From Methanobacteriota archaeon (lineage in GTDB: Archaea; Halobacteriota; Bog-38; Methanoflorentales; Methanoflorentaceae), in NCBI GenBank assembly GCA_963719035.1, contig CAVRAO010000006.1, positions 64,001-128,000 on the forward strand: 64,000 nt of DNA. The letters are read 5' to 3'. Shown piece by piece: positions 10,420 through 20,792 of the stretch (positions are counted from its first letter, which is position 1; the number at the start of each line of letters is the position of its first letter). Both the position numbers and the translations under genes were made by a program. The notes under the pieces were generated by a model. That model was not told the origin of the DNA. It searched no databases and saw nothing but the letters and a program-made list of their open reading frames with translations.

Positions 10420-11148
10420 TTATACAGCGGAAGCGGGTTTCAGGAATTCAAAGTGCTGAATTCCCTCGATGATTCCCCCGGCGTAGTGTTCGCGTGCCCA
10501 GTAGACGTCCTCTGGTAGACTGTCAGTGTTGAGCTCCGATTTGTGGTTGCCGACGACGACGGCTAAAAACCCGGCAGAGAGTAGCCCGATGTCGTTTCCG
10601 CTATCACCAGCAGCGAGGACGTGCTTTCGACGAATCCTAAGCCTCTTTCTGATGTAATCAACCGCTTCCCCCTTTCCTGCTCTTTTCGGAATGATGTCGA
10701 GGTCTGTCCCGCTCGAATAGATAATCTGGTGTTCGATGCCTATCTCCTCAAGTCGCTTGTGGATCTCAGCTATGACGATATCAGCTTTTTGAAAAAGATG
10801 ATAGCTCTGCTTAAACTCAAACTGGCGCGACTGTTGGAACAGATACGGGATCGTGATAAGTGCCTCCTGGACCTCGAGCCGATCCCAACCATGATCGATA
10901 TGTCGGGTCCAGGCGTCATCCCTGCGGTAATCAGGGCCCACATAGATCTCTGTTCCGACATTACAGAGCGTGTATTGCGGCTCGCTTAGACACTCAGCAG
11001 TCATGATCTCAAAGGTTTGTATCTTATCACGTCCCGTGACGTAGACGATGGTCACATTACGATTTGCCGAAAGCAGAAGAGCCAACCTTTGATATGCGGC
11101 ACGATCGCCAGTGAGGGTGTTGTCAATGTCAGGAGCGAGTAGCTTCAT
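10420..11148 (-). CDS. HAD-IIB hydrolase, sucrose-phosphate phosphatase-like
   Basis: DIDNTL motif I, VTGR, DLDIIP..AGKG, GDSGND motif IV. Confidence 0.88.
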   Translation of the reverse strand: MKLLAPDIDNTLTGDRAAYQRLALLLSANRNVTIVYVTGRDKIQTFEIMTAECLSEPQYTLCNVGTEIYVGPDYRRDDAWTRHIDHGWDRLEVQEALITIPYLFQQSRQFEFKQSYHLFQKADIVIAEIHKRLEEIGIEHQIIYSSGTDLDIIPKRAGKGEAVDYIRKRLRIRRKHVLAAGDSGNDIGLLSAGFLAVVVGNHKSELNTDSLPEDVYWAREHYAGGIIEGIQHFEFLKPASAV

Positions 11149-11209
11149 CCGCTCTCCTCATTGTGCCGCGTAATATAAAGTATCTATGACCGCCTGCTGC
11201 GGTTTAACG

Positions 11210-12028
11210 TTACGGCACTGACGGGGCGTCAGAAGTGTACGATCCGAGCACCTTCAGTCGCGAAACGTGCGATTGCAGGGCGGTGAAAGCGCTCATGACT
11301 GCTGCGTCTGAGGCATTCCCTTCAAGATCGATGTAGAAGACGTACTCACCGAGCGACCGCTTTGCGGGTCGCGACTCGATTTTCGTCAGATTTAACTGAC
11401 GCTCGGCAAAGATATGGAGCACCTCATAGAGTGCCCCTGGCTTGTTACGCTTGAGCTCGAGCACGATAGACGTCTTTAAGCCCGCTTGCGCCTCTACCCG
11501 CCGACCGCGTCGCGCGATGACAATGAATCTGGTGAAATTGTCCTCAACGTCCTGAATGTCAGCCTGCACGATCTGCAGCCGATAGCGTTCGGCTGCGCGT
11601 GACGAGGCAATCGCTGCCGAATTACTGTTCTCGCTCGCCATACGTGCAGCCTGTGACGTGCTGCTCACTGCGACGATTTCCCTGCCAAAAGCGCGTAAAA
11701 AAGCGTTGCACTGAGCAATCGCCTGCCAGTGGGAGTAGACGACGTGTATATCCGCCCCCTCCTGGGCTGCAAGATAGTGGCGTATGGGCAGGACGATTTC
11801 GCGGACGATCTCGACCGGAAGGGTAAGCAGAACGTCGAGTGTAGTTCCGACCGATCCTTCAATGGAGTTCTCTAACGGGATGACGCCACAGTCGAGTCGG
11901 CGTTCGATGAGGTCGCGCGCGACGTCTTCAATATTCGCGAAGTAGCACAGCGACTCCTCAGGATACCCTAAGGCCAACGCTGCCATCTCGCTATAAGTCC
12001 CCTCTGGCCCCAGTACGCCGACGAGCAT
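11210..12028 (-). CDS. pheA: prephenate dehydratase
   Basis: LGPEGTYSE, PLENSIEGSV, NFTRF, ACT domain NLTKIESRP. Confidence 0.95.
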   Translation of the reverse strand: MLVGVLGPEGTYSEMAALALGYPEESLCYFANIEDVARDLIERRLDCGVIPLENSIEGSVGTTLDVLLTLPVEIVREIVLPIRHYLAAQEGADIHVVYSHWQAIAQCNAFLRAFGREIVAVSSTSQAARMASENSNSAAIASSRAAERYRLQIVQADIQDVEDNFTRFIVIARRGRRVEAQAGLKTSIVLELKRNKPGALYEVLHIFAERQLNLTKIESRPAKRSLGEYVFYIDLEGNASDAAVMSAFTALQSHVSRLKVLGSYTSDAPSVP

Positions 12029-12065
12029 CGCTTTTCCTTGTGCTCACTTGGCTAATAAGGTTCTT

Positions 12066-12081
12066 CGAAAAAGTTTATATG
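12066..12081 (+). promoter_or_regulatory. BRE-TATA promoter of the aro operon (divergent from pheA)
   Basis: CGAAAAAG-TTTATAT about 50 nt upstream of ATG 12128. Confidence 0.6.
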
Positions 12082-12127
12082 AGAGATCGTGCTACTGTGT
12101 TACACTTTAGCAATATGAGGAATAAGC

Positions 12128-12925
12128 ATGGAAATTGGAAAACTAGTACGGCTTGAACGAATCACCAACCGCAACAGCGGCAACATCGTAGTCATCCCAA
12201 TGGATCATGGCATCTCAATCGGCCCTGTCAAAGGCCTCGTTAACCTGTCAGACATGGTCAATAAGGTCGCTGCGGGAGGCGCAAATGCAGTCCTCATGCA
12301 GAAGGGCATGGTGCCGCACGGCCATCGCGGATATGGACGCGACATCGGATTAATCGTACATATGAGCGCTTCGACGGCGTTAGGCCCCGACCCAAATGAC
12401 AAAGTGCTTGTATGTTCGGTCGAAGAGGCTCTCAAAGTCGGCGCTGATGCAGTGAGCGTCCATGTTAACATCGGCTCTGAAACAGAAGCAAACCAGCTGC
12501 AGAAGCTCGGCACCGTTGCCGAGCGCTGTACCATGTGGGGTATGCCGCTGCTTGCCATGATGTACCCGCGCGGCGCGAAGGTCACCGACCAGTATGCAGA
12601 GGAGTTCGTCGCTCACGCCGCGCGAGCAGGCGCGGAGCTCGGTGCCGACATGATTAAGACGAACTACACGGGCGACCCCGATTCGTTTGCGCGGGTGGTC
12701 GAGAGCTGCCCCGTCCCAGTGATCATTGCGGGGGGGCCCAAAGTAGAGACCGACGCTGACCTCCTTCAGATGATTTCAGACGCCATTGCAGCTGGCGCAC
12801 GTGGCGTGGCAATCGGACGTAATGTGTTCCAGCACGACAAGCCGACCGACATCGTACGCGCGATAGCGCGAATCGTGCACGAGAATACCTCTGTCAGCGA
12901 GGCGCTCAACGAACTTGAGCGTTAA
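12128..12925 (+). CDS. aroA': 2-amino-3,7-dideoxy-D-threo-hept-6-ulosonate (ADH) synthase, archaeal class I aldolase
   Basis: [32 protein letters not shown]; directly upstream of DHQ synthase II. Confidence 0.92.
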   Translation: MEIGKLVRLERITNRNSGNIVVIPMDHGISIGPVKGLVNLSDMVNKVAAGGANAVLMQKGMVPHGHRGYGRDIGLIVHMSASTALGPDPNDKVLVCSVEEALKVGADAVSVHVNIGSETEANQLQKLGTVAERCTMWGMPLLAMMYPRGAKVTDQYAEEFVAHAARAGAELGADMIKTNYTGDPDSFARVVESCPVPVIIAGGPKVETDADLLQMISDAIAAGARGVAIGRNVFQHDKPTDIVRAIARIVHENTSVSEALNELER

Positions 12926-12963
12926 CGTTAAATGACTGCGTGCGAGTTGTACGGTGGGAGCCA

Positions 12964-14085
12964 ATGAAGAGCGTCTGGATCAAGGCCGATGAAGGCCCGT
13001 GGGAGGAGCGAAAGCCCATTATTACCTTCGCACTCGAGTCAGGGGCGGATTGCGTGCTCGTGAGCGAAGCTGACGTTGATACGGTCAAGCAGCTCGGCAC
13101 GATAACGGTAGCGGCGTTTGACGAGGGTGGCGGTGGTCACGCTGACATTAACGTTGTTGGAAAAGGGGGTGAAGGTGACGGGACGCTTCCGCTTTCAGGC
13201 CCGGGAAACGAAACCACAGATTACAAGCGGCTAGACTCACTGACCTCCGAGAGCGCCGCTTACGTCGTCGTCTCAGACAAAGCTCACGAACAGTTTGCGC
13301 AAGAAGTCGCAAGTGCGTGCGACCACCTCATTGTCATTGGAACGGATTGGAAGGTTATCCCGCTTGAGAACCTTATCGCTGCCTTACAAGGAACCGTCGA
13401 AATCATCGCCGGTGTCAAATCGTTCGAAGAGGCTAAAACTGCGCTCGAGACCTTGGAACACGGCGCTGATGGCGTGCTTCTCGATACCAACGATCTGTCG
13501 CAAATTGCCAAAACGATGGATTTTGCGCGCACGTCAGAGCACGTAATAGAGCTCGTGCCCGCCACCGTGACGACGGTGAGGCCCGTCGGAATGGGCGATC
13601 GCGTCTGCATCGACACGTGTTCCCTGATGACGAGCGGCGAAGGCATGCTTATTGGGTCAGGCGCCAACGGATTTTTCTTAGTGCACGCAGAGACAGAGGA
13701 GAGTCCGTACGTCGCTCCCAGGCCATTTCGCGTGAATGCCGGACCTGTACACGCATACATCTTTGAGAGCGGTAAGACGCGCTACCTCTCAGAGCTCGAA
13801 GCGGGCGACGAAGTGATGATTGTGCGTAGCACCGGAGAGACGCGTCAAGGCGTGGTCGGCCGCATAAAAATTGAGCGTCGCCCCCTGATACTCATCGAGG
13901 CAGACGTGGCAGGCACGACGATAAAGACGCTCCTTCAAAACGCGGAAACTATAAAGCTCGTCGCTGAAGGCGGCACTCCTGTTGCCGTTACCGCATTGAA
14001 GCCTGGAGACGTCGTCCTTGCGCACTACGAGCGAGTGGCACGGCATTTCGGCATCGGTGTCGAAGAGACGCTTATCGAGAGGTGA
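12964..14085 (+). CDS. aroB': 3-dehydroquinate synthase II
   Basis: DWKVIPLENLIA, GDRVCIDTCS, RPFRVNAGPVHAY, KIERRPL, LQNAETI. Confidence 0.95.
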   Translation: MKSVWIKADEGPWEERKPIITFALESGADCVLVSEADVDTVKQLGTITVAAFDEGGGGHADINVVGKGGEGDGTLPLSGPGNETTDYKRLDSLTSESAAYVVVSDKAHEQFAQEVASACDHLIVIGTDWKVIPLENLIAALQGTVEIIAGVKSFEEAKTALETLEHGADGVLLDTNDLSQIAKTMDFARTSEHVIELVPATVTTVRPVGMGDRVCIDTCSLMTSGEGMLIGSGANGFFLVHAETEESPYVAPRPFRVNAGPVHAYIFESGKTRYLSELEAGDEVMIVRSTGETRQGVVGRIKIERRPLILIEADVAGTTIKTLLQNAETIKLVAEGGTPVAVTALKPGDVVLAHYERVARHFGIGVEETLIER

Positions 14086-14089
14086 TTAC

Positions 14090-14818
14090 ATAATTCAACT
14101 GCGCGACGTGACGATCGGAGGAGAGGAGGGGCCAAAGATCGTCGGCGTTATTTACGAACCAAGTCAGGCACAACAGGCCGTTGAAGAGGGGGTAGACATC
14201 ATCGAGTTCCGGGCCGATCTCGCTGACAACATAGATGGCGTGCTTCGCGACCTCGAGCAGGTCTCTCTCCCTATCATCCTCACCAACCGGCTGGTCGAAG
14301 AAGGCGGGAACGCGACAATTAATCGCCAAGATCAGCTCGGCCCCCTCATACCATACGCGTCCATCGTCGATATTGAGCTAATGGCGCCTGATAGGGACGA
14401 CCTGATGGCCGAGGCAGCTACCCAAGGTCGTCCAACGTTGCTCTCTTACCACGATCTCGACGGAACGCCCACGGAAACAGCGATGCTTGATATTATGCGC
14501 ACCGCAAGCCGTTACGGCGACGTTGTCAAGCTTGCAGTAACCATCGAGCACCTACAAGACGCGCCGAGGGTGCTCGACGTAAGCCTTGCTGCACAAGAGG
14601 AGGGCTTGACGTTCAGCGTGGTGCCGATGGGGGCGCTTGGATCGCATATCAGGCCCCTGATGGGGATCTACGGCTCCTCGCTGCTCTACGGGTACGTCGG
14701 GCAGCACATATCTCCAAAAATGCGGCCTTACGGGTTTACCGGAAAACGTGCGTCGCCTGGGATGCTTAGCGTTTCACAACTAAAACGCGCGCTTGAAGAG
14801 ATCCGGTCATGGCGGTAA
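14090..14818 (+). CDS. aroD: type I 3-dehydroquinate dehydratase (probable ATA start)
   Basis: IIEFRAD, ILTNR..EGG, VDIEL, LLSYHD...TP, VVKLAV, PMG; sits between aroB' and aroE; SD GAGGTGA precedes ATA 14090. Confidence 0.85.
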   Translation: MIQLRDVTIGGEEGPKIVGVIYEPSQAQQAVEEGVDIIEFRADLADNIDGVLRDLEQVSLPIILTNRLVEEGGNATINRQDQLGPLIPYASIVDIELMAPDRDDLMAEAATQGRPTLLSYHDLDGTPTETAMLDIMRTASRYGDVVKLAVTIEHLQDAPRVLDVSLAAQEEGLTFSVVPMGALGSHIRPLMGIYGSSLLYGYVGQHISPKMRPYGFTGKRASPGMLSVSQLKRALEEIRSWR

Positions 14819-15681
14819 CGACCGTTTATGGCGTCATTGGTAGCCCCATAAGCCATTCACTCTCCCCTTCTATGCATAATGCAGCGTTCAACGCGCTCGG
14901 CATCGATGCTGCATATTATGCCTTCGACGTGGGTCAAGAACGGGTCGAAAACGCAATACGCGGCGCTAAAGCGCTTGGGTTTGGCGGACTCAATATCACC
15001 TTCCCGCTCAAAGAGGCTGCCTTACATCACTGCGACCCAGATGCCCTGTCAAAACGCATCGGCGCGGTCAACACGATAGACCGCAGCGGAGGGGGCTTCA
15101 ACACTGACGGCATTGGAGCGGTCAGGGCGCTCGAAGAGGCGGGCGTAACGGTTAAAGGCACGACCGTCCTGCTTCTTGGCGCTGGCGGCGCCGCGAAGGC
15201 GATTGTTGCGCAACTGCTCGTTGACGGAGCCCGCGTACTCATTGCCAACCGGACAGCGAGTAGATCGCTTATCCTCGCCCGGCAGATGACCGAAGCGAAT
15301 ATCGACTGCGGCTGCGGCGACGTTGAGGCGCATAGTCTCGTCGAGATCGATCGCTTGCTCAGCGAGGCGGGCGTGCTCATTAATGCAACGACCGTCGGCA
15401 TGCGTGGCGTCCTTGACGGGGAGACGCTCGTTAGAGCCCATCAAATGCATTCTGGGCTCGTTGTGTTCGATATCATCTATCACCCGCTTGAAACCCCCTT
15501 GTTACGCGAGGCGCGCGCCGCAGGCCTACAAACGATTGATGGGGTAAAGATGTTGGTAAACCAAGGCGCTGCCTCTTTTGCCCTATGGACCGCCATGGAG
15601 CCACCTGTACACGTCATGGAGGCCGCGGTGCGCGAGACGCTCCTACGCGCGAACGGTGCGGCGAACGAGGATCAAGGATAA
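14809..15681 (+). CDS. aroE: shikimate dehydrogenase
   Basis: HSLSPSMHN, NITFPLK, GAVNT, NTDG, GAGGAA, DG..MLVNQG. Confidence 0.95.
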   Translation: MAVTTVYGVIGSPISHSLSPSMHNAAFNALGIDAAYYAFDVGQERVENAIRGAKALGFGGLNITFPLKEAALHHCDPDALSKRIGAVNTIDRSGGGFNTDGIGAVRALEEAGVTVKGTTVLLLGAGGAAKAIVAQLLVDGARVLIANRTASRSLILARQMTEANIDCGCGDVEAHSLVEIDRLLSEAGVLINATTVGMRGVLDGETLVRAHQMHSGLVVFDIIYHPLETPLLREARAAGLQTIDGVKMLVNQGAASFALWTAMEPPVHVMEAAVRETLLRANGAANEDQG

Positions 15682-16922
15682 TGGCACTCAAGGCAGCAAT
15701 CGTTGGTGGCTACGGGGAAATGGGGCGTTGGTTTGAACGATTTCTTGGTGAACGCGAGATAGATGTCGCCCTTGTGGGTCGATCGTCGAATGCGCACTAT
15801 ACGGATTACGACGTCGTTGTTATCGCCGTACCCGTCGACGTTACCTGCGACGTTATTGCGCAGGTTGCACCTCAGATGAAGCCAGGCGCGGTGCTGTTCG
15901 ACATAACATCGGTCAAGAAAAACCCCGTCAAGCAGATGCTGATCAGTGCGCCCCCAGGCGTTGAACTCGTGAGCGTCCATCCGCTTTTTGGCCCCAGCAT
16001 GCCTGACATGGAGGGGCAGACCGTCATCGTGACGCCGGTGCGCGGCGAACGCGGGCGCAGATTTCTTATTGAGCTTTTCGAAAAAGCAGGCGCCCATGTA
16101 GAAGAGCTTTCTGCAGAAGAGCACGACCACGTCATGTCAGTTATTCAAGGATTGACCCACTTCGGATATATCGCTATGGGGGTCACACTCGAAGCGCTTC
16201 GCTTTGATATCAAACGCTCTCGCCGCTTTATGAGCCCTGTATATGGGATTCTTATAGATTTCATCGGCCGAATTCTCGGGCAAAACCCCGCGTTATACGC
16301 ATCCATTCAAATGAATACAGATCGGTCCGTCCGCGAGGCCTTTTTGACGCAGTGCGCCGCACTAATTGATGTCATCAACGCAAATGATAGCGCGGCGTTC
16401 ATCGCAACGATGAAACAGGCAGCAAAACACTTTGGCGATGCAGAACCGGCCTTAAAACGTTCGAACAAACTCATCATGGCCAATATTAAGGAAGTAGAGG
16501 ACTTCAAAGGATCTATCGGAAGCACGCGAGGACTGAGAAACGTCTACACCGGAGCGGTCCACATAGGTGTTATAAAGAGCGCTTCTCCGCGCGAAATCGC
16601 TGTTGAAGAACGGTCCAAGGACGTTGTCTTAAAGACGGAAAACGTTCAACTCATGTCCGATGAAGAGGTCTCACGATGTCGATTGGCGCGCGGACAGCGT
16701 TATCGGGATTTTTCTGCGGTTTTTCCTCCTGGCGTTAACCCAGAGATCATCGCACGCGTACTCTCAACCGTCGCTGACGTTACTGCAGTGAGTGTTATAG
16801 ATCATTATGCGCCGGAAAGTAGTTACACTTTCCGCGTCTCGACCTATATCGATGGCGACGTGGAGCGTCTTCACCGCGACGTGACAGAGCTCCTCGTAGG
16901 GATCGGCTGTAAAATTCGTTAA
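15681..16922 (+). CDS. tyrA: prephenate dehydrogenase with archaeal C-terminal extension
   Basis: IVGGYGEMG, DITSVK, HPLFGP, EEHD..MSVIQGLTH; ATG overlaps the aroE stop. Confidence 0.92.
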   Translation: MALKAAIVGGYGEMGRWFERFLGEREIDVALVGRSSNAHYTDYDVVVIAVPVDVTCDVIAQVAPQMKPGAVLFDITSVKKNPVKQMLISAPPGVELVSVHPLFGPSMPDMEGQTVIVTPVRGERGRRFLIELFEKAGAHVEELSAEEHDHVMSVIQGLTHFGYIAMGVTLEALRFDIKRSRRFMSPVYGILIDFIGRILGQNPALYASIQMNTDRSVREAFLTQCAALIDVINANDSAAFIATMKQAAKHFGDAEPALKRSNKLIMANIKEVEDFKGSIGSTRGLRNVYTGAVHIGVIKSASPREIAVEERSKDVVLKTENVQLMSDEEVSRCRLARGQRYRDFSAVFPPGVNPEIIARVLSTVADVTAVSVIDHYAPESSYTFRVSTYIDGDVERLHRDVTELLVGIGCKIR

Positions 16923-16974
16923 GAGAGTCTGATTAAGAGTAACGCTGGGATTAAGCTGTCCTGACGACCGTGAC

Positions 16975-17898
16975 ATGGGGATGACGATGAGCAAGCTGGA
17001 AAAGGTCTTCGTAACGGGCGCTACGGGGTTTCTTGGCTCTCACTTGGTCGACTGTCTAACGAAACGCGGGGCCGCCATCAGCGTCCTCGTCCGTAGTCAA
17101 CCTGACCGCATTGAAAAAAAGGGAACTCATCTCTGCGTGGTGCGGGGCGACCTTAGCCACCCATTTTTAATAAGTGATGCGTCAACCGTGTTCCATTTGG
17201 CCGCTATCTCGCACGTTGGCCATGCGCTCGAAAATCCACGCCAAACGTTCGAAACAAACACGTCAGGCACTTTGACCGTCCTTGAAGCGGTCAGACGGTC
17301 GTCATCTGTAGAAAGACTCGTATTTGTCAGCTCAGCCCACGTTTACGGTACGCCTCGGTACGTCCCTATCGATGAAGGACACCCTGTTCGAGCTCAAGAG
17401 CCATATGCGGCGAGCAAGCTAGCAGCAGAAGCTTTCGTTTCCGCGTATAGCAGCGCGTATGGTATACCGATTGCTATTGCGCGGCTCTTTAACACCTACG
17501 GGCCTCGCCAACATCCCGATTTCGTTATACCTTCGATCGTAAAGAGGGCCCTCACTCAAGACTCTCTGACATTAGGCAATCTTACCCCAACGCGGGACTT
17601 CACCTATGTAGATGATGTAGTGGAAGCTTTGTTACGCCTCGCTGAGAGCGGCGAGGGGATTTATAACGTCGCATCGGGAGTTGAGGTCAGTATCGAAACG
17701 CTTGTCACGCGTGTGGCAGAGATCCTCGGCAAACCCCTGACTATCTCGTCTCAGCATGCGCAGCGCAGGTCGGCTGCTGTCGAAATCGAAAGGATGTGGG
17801 CGGATATCTCGCGTATCAAAACGCTTGGATGGGAACCGCGCGTTAGTCTCATTGACGGTTTGACGAAGACGATCGCCTGGCACCGCGACCACCCCTAG
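16975..17898 (+). CDS. NAD-dependent nucleotide-sugar epimerase/dehydratase
   Basis: TGATGFLG, YAASK, RLFNTYGPRQ, RDFTYVDD. Confidence 0.92.
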   Translation: MGMTMSKLEKVFVTGATGFLGSHLVDCLTKRGAAISVLVRSQPDRIEKKGTHLCVVRGDLSHPFLISDASTVFHLAAISHVGHALENPRQTFETNTSGTLTVLEAVRRSSSVERLVFVSSAHVYGTPRYVPIDEGHPVRAQEPYAASKLAAEAFVSAYSSAYGIPIAIARLFNTYGPRQHPDFVIPSIVKRALTQDSLTLGNLTPTRDFTYVDDVVEALLRLAESGEGIYNVASGVEVSIETLVTRVAEILGKPLTISSQHAQRRSAAVEIERMWADISRIKTLGWEPRVSLIDGLTKTIAWHRDHP

Positions 17899-17998
17899 CT
17901 GGGCGTTTATCATTGCGGCACGTTACCGTCCCGTCGGGCTGAAGGGCTCAAGAGCGAAACCGACCCCGGGCGAACGTTAATCAAGCATTGTGCGCGCG

Positions 17999-18700
17999 TC
18001 ATGCGTGCGTAACGCACGCAGTGTCGACAGAAGCGCGGACAAGGGTTGGAAGCCTGCCCCACGTAGCAAGCTTGTCTCCGACGATCAAAAGGGCACCTAC
18101 GACCCCGCTGATATCCTTTATGGCACTGAAAGCCGCTGGGGGGTCATTGCTTAAGTTCCCAAGCGCCGAAGCAGCAGCGTCAGCCAAACACGCCGTTTCA
18201 GCGACAACACATGCGACATCTGCTGTGCCGAAGCTGATAGACGGACCGACCGTAGCAGAGGACGTACAGACGCCCAAAAATCGGGTTGGTTCAATTTTGA
18301 ACCCCACGTCTTTGAAGGGAGAGACGCCTCCATATATACCGACGGTGACGACGCGGTCACTCGTCAGAGCGATATCCCCCCCGTTATCGACTATGGCGTA
18401 TAACGCGCCTGTGTCTACCATTGCCTCAACAGCGAGATCAGCGATAACGCCTGCAACCGCAGCCATCGGCCCGACCTTCGCCGCTGACGATGCGCCGAGC
18501 ATCCGACGAACGATATCTGGAGGGTCCCCGATGTAATCTTCAACGGGTTCAAGCGCGAAACGGAAGAACGGATTCAGTGCGATAAAACGTTCCAAACTAC
18601 GTCGGTGCGCTCGTATTGCCTGTTTTGCACTCGCGATGTGCTCGGGCGCATCGGCAATGATGGTAACGACGGTCTGCTTAAGCTGAAACTTCTCCTTCAT
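17999..18700 (-). CDS. UPF0280 (ApbE-like) protein, MA1715-type
   Basis: VGPMAAVAG, DNGGDI, CTSSATVGPSISFG, ADAAA. Confidence 0.9.
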   Translation of the reverse strand: MKEKFQLKQTVVTIIADAPEHIASAKQAIRAHRRSLERFIALNPFFRFALEPVEDYIGDPPDIVRRMLGASSAAKVGPMAAVAGVIADLAVEAMVDTGALYAIVDNGGDIALTSDRVVTVGIYGGVSPFKDVGFKIEPTRFLGVCTSSATVGPSISFGTADVACVVAETACLADAAASALGNLSNDPPAAFSAIKDISGVVGALLIVGDKLATWGRLPTLVRASVDTACVTHA

Positions 18701-19086
18701 TCCTCAGCAGTCTTGAGGGCACCATGGGGGCACATGGTCATGCAGGTCTTGCAGAGCACACATCGCTGGAGGTCGATGGAGATCGTCCTATCCTCGCTGT
18801 ACTTAAAGACTTCCACGGGGCACACTGATACGCACGCACCGCACTGCACACACTCAGCCTCATCAAACACGAGTGGCGTGTCCATTTCACGCACCTCGGT
18901 GCCGCGCCGCCTGAAGGCCTCAGCGACCTCTTCGACTCGTTCGTCGGGCACATCGATCACTATCTCTCCAATAGACCCGTCTACTAACGCCCGATCGATG
19001 TTGATGCGCACGCCTGTTTCCAGGACGACGTCTGCGAGTAGTGGGTCCTGCATAATCTTTTGTGGAAACTTCAACACGATCTTCAT
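18697..19086 (-). CDS. NIL domain plus 2x[4Fe-4S] ferredoxin (MA1822-type partner of aspartate semialdehyde sulfurtransferase)
   Basis: INIDRA NIL-like motif; CVQCGACVSVCP and CVLCKTCMTMCP. Confidence 0.9.
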   Translation of the reverse strand: MKIVLKFPQKIMQDPLLADVVLETGVRINIDRALVDGSIGEIVIDVPDERVEEVAEAFRRRGTEVREMDTPLVFDEAECVQCGACVSVCPVEVFKYSEDRTISIDLQRCVLCKTCMTMCPHGALKTAEE

Positions 19087-19104
19087 AGATCCCTCGTGGT
19101 CGGT

Positions 19105-20610
19105 TCACCTGCATGCGAGAAGCTTGCTTAGGTCCTCACTCGTAATGATGCCTACAACCGTGTTGGCCTGATCAACAACGGGAAGGGCCGAGATGTTGTG
19201 CCGCTCAAGACGCCGCGCGGCAAGGTCAATAGGCTCGTCAGGCTTCGCTGTAATAACGCGCTTTGTCATTATCCCTTCTAGACTATCGGCCTTATTCAGA
19301 GCCACTGCCTTTGAGATATCGTACGCCGTAACGATGCCGATGAGCTTGTTTTCAGCAGATACCACGGGCAAGTGATTCACTTGTTTTCCAACAATGATCT
19401 TTGCTGCCTCTTGTACACTGATCGCCTCACGCACGGTGATACTTGGGAGCATCACTTCTCGTACAAGCGGCGCCTCGGAAAGTTGTTTCATAGGCTTCAG
19501 TACAGCACGGTTTGGCAACCGCATCGTTGGCAATGCGAGCTCAAACGTGCCCTTTTGGATTCTTTGGGCAAGTTCTGTGGCGATTTCTTTTGCCTTAAAG
19601 AAGCTCGACATGGATGACGTACGCACTTCTTTCCCATTAAGATCAATTATTCCGGATTTTAACTCCTCATAACTGACGGTCGCCAGTTCAGGCCGTGACC
19701 GGCGACCAACACCGTAATCGAGGACTGTCGTACTGATGTCAGCATCGCTGATGGCCGTTTTTCGCGCAATTCCTGCGTTCAAGACCGGAATCGGCACGCC
19801 GATGCCCACGTACAGTGAAGTGCCATACCTGTGGAGAATTGCAGCTCTGAGGTAATCAGTGCTCATCGCCTTGAGGTCGCCGCACACCATGAGCGTGCCG
19901 AAGTTATTCTCAGGATCGTACTGCGTCCCGTGACCGACGACATATCCTTCAGCACCGCAGAGGAAGATCTTTGTGCCCACGCCGATGGTCTCATAATCGG
20001 GGTCGTTATAGATGGGCGAAAGCGTGCCAGAACCAGAATAAGTCGCATTTCCGTAACGCGGGAGCAACGTCCCCATGTACGTATACAACACCCTATCCGT
20101 AGAGTTGGTCGCGACATTGTACCGCTGATAAGCGTTACGTGGATTCAGCATGGTGGCGTCGTTGAGGTCGCCGATTGTGATGGCAGTCTCTACGCTTCGG
20201 CGAGGATAGCAGTCGGTCGCATAGCCAACGGCCTTTAAATAAACCTCCCTGTGGGCGACGAGATCTTCGATGACATGCGCACCGCCATATTCGAGGCCAC
20301 GCGTCTCTGACAGCTGAGTGGCTCCGATAAACGCATCAACCGCAGCGACACCGGTATAAGCTTCCACCTCGTTGAGCCATACTTTGCTCATCTTGATTGG
20401 CGGATCTGAGTGACCGAAGTTCATCCAAACGCCAGACGAGCACATCGCACCAAACGTGCCAGTGGTGACGACGTCGACCTCTTTTGCTGCACTCTCTACC
20501 CCCAGCTCATCGACGAGGTGCGTCATTTCGTCAGCGGTTACGACATGAACACTTCCGTCCCGAATGCGTTCGTTAATCTCTTCTAAGCTTTTTGGCACGT
20601 GCGCCTCCAA
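19105..20610 (-). CDS. DUF39-CBS homocysteine biosynthesis protein (L-aspartate semialdehyde sulfurtransferase, MA1821-type)
   Basis: VDVVTTGTFGAMCSSG, YGGAHVIEDL, TDCYPR, NPRNAYQ; tandem CBS domains at the C-terminus. Confidence 0.93.
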   Translation of the reverse strand: MEAHVPKSLEEINERIRDGSVHVVTADEMTHLVDELGVESAAKEVDVVTTGTFGAMCSSGVWMNFGHSDPPIKMSKVWLNEVEAYTGVAAVDAFIGATQLSETRGLEYGGAHVIEDLVAHREVYLKAVGYATDCYPRRSVETAITIGDLNDATMLNPRNAYQRYNVATNSTDRVLYTYMGTLLPRYGNATYSGSGTLSPIYNDPDYETIGVGTKIFLCGAEGYVVGHGTQYDPENNFGTLMVCGDLKAMSTDYLRAAILHRYGTSLYVGIGVPIPVLNAGIARKTAISDADISTTVLDYGVGRRSRPELATVSYEELKSGIIDLNGKEVRTSSMSSFFKAKEIATELAQRIQKGTFELALPTMRLPNRAVLKPMKQLSEAPLVREVMLPSITVREAISVQEAAKIIVGKQVNHLPVVSAENKLIGIVTAYDISKAVALNKADSLEGIMTKRVITAKPDEPIDLAARRLERHNISALPVVDQANTVVGIITSEDLSKLLACR

Positions 20611-20792
20611 AACAGTCGCTGTATAGCGAGTGAACAGTGATCGTATTACGATAGCTATTATTTATTATTGTTGGACTCTAAAAATGACGCCTTTTCGTGC
20701 GAACTCTAATTACCGCCTACTAATCTTTGCATCATTGAAGCAAGGCTAGCTTAAAGTAACCTTTAAGTTCAAATAGCGTTGTAGGAAAAAGG

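Noticed and set aside
10420-11148. Sucrose biosynthesis pathway
   Set aside because: Only a phosphatase-like HAD is present, with no synthase nearby; substrate cannot be assigned
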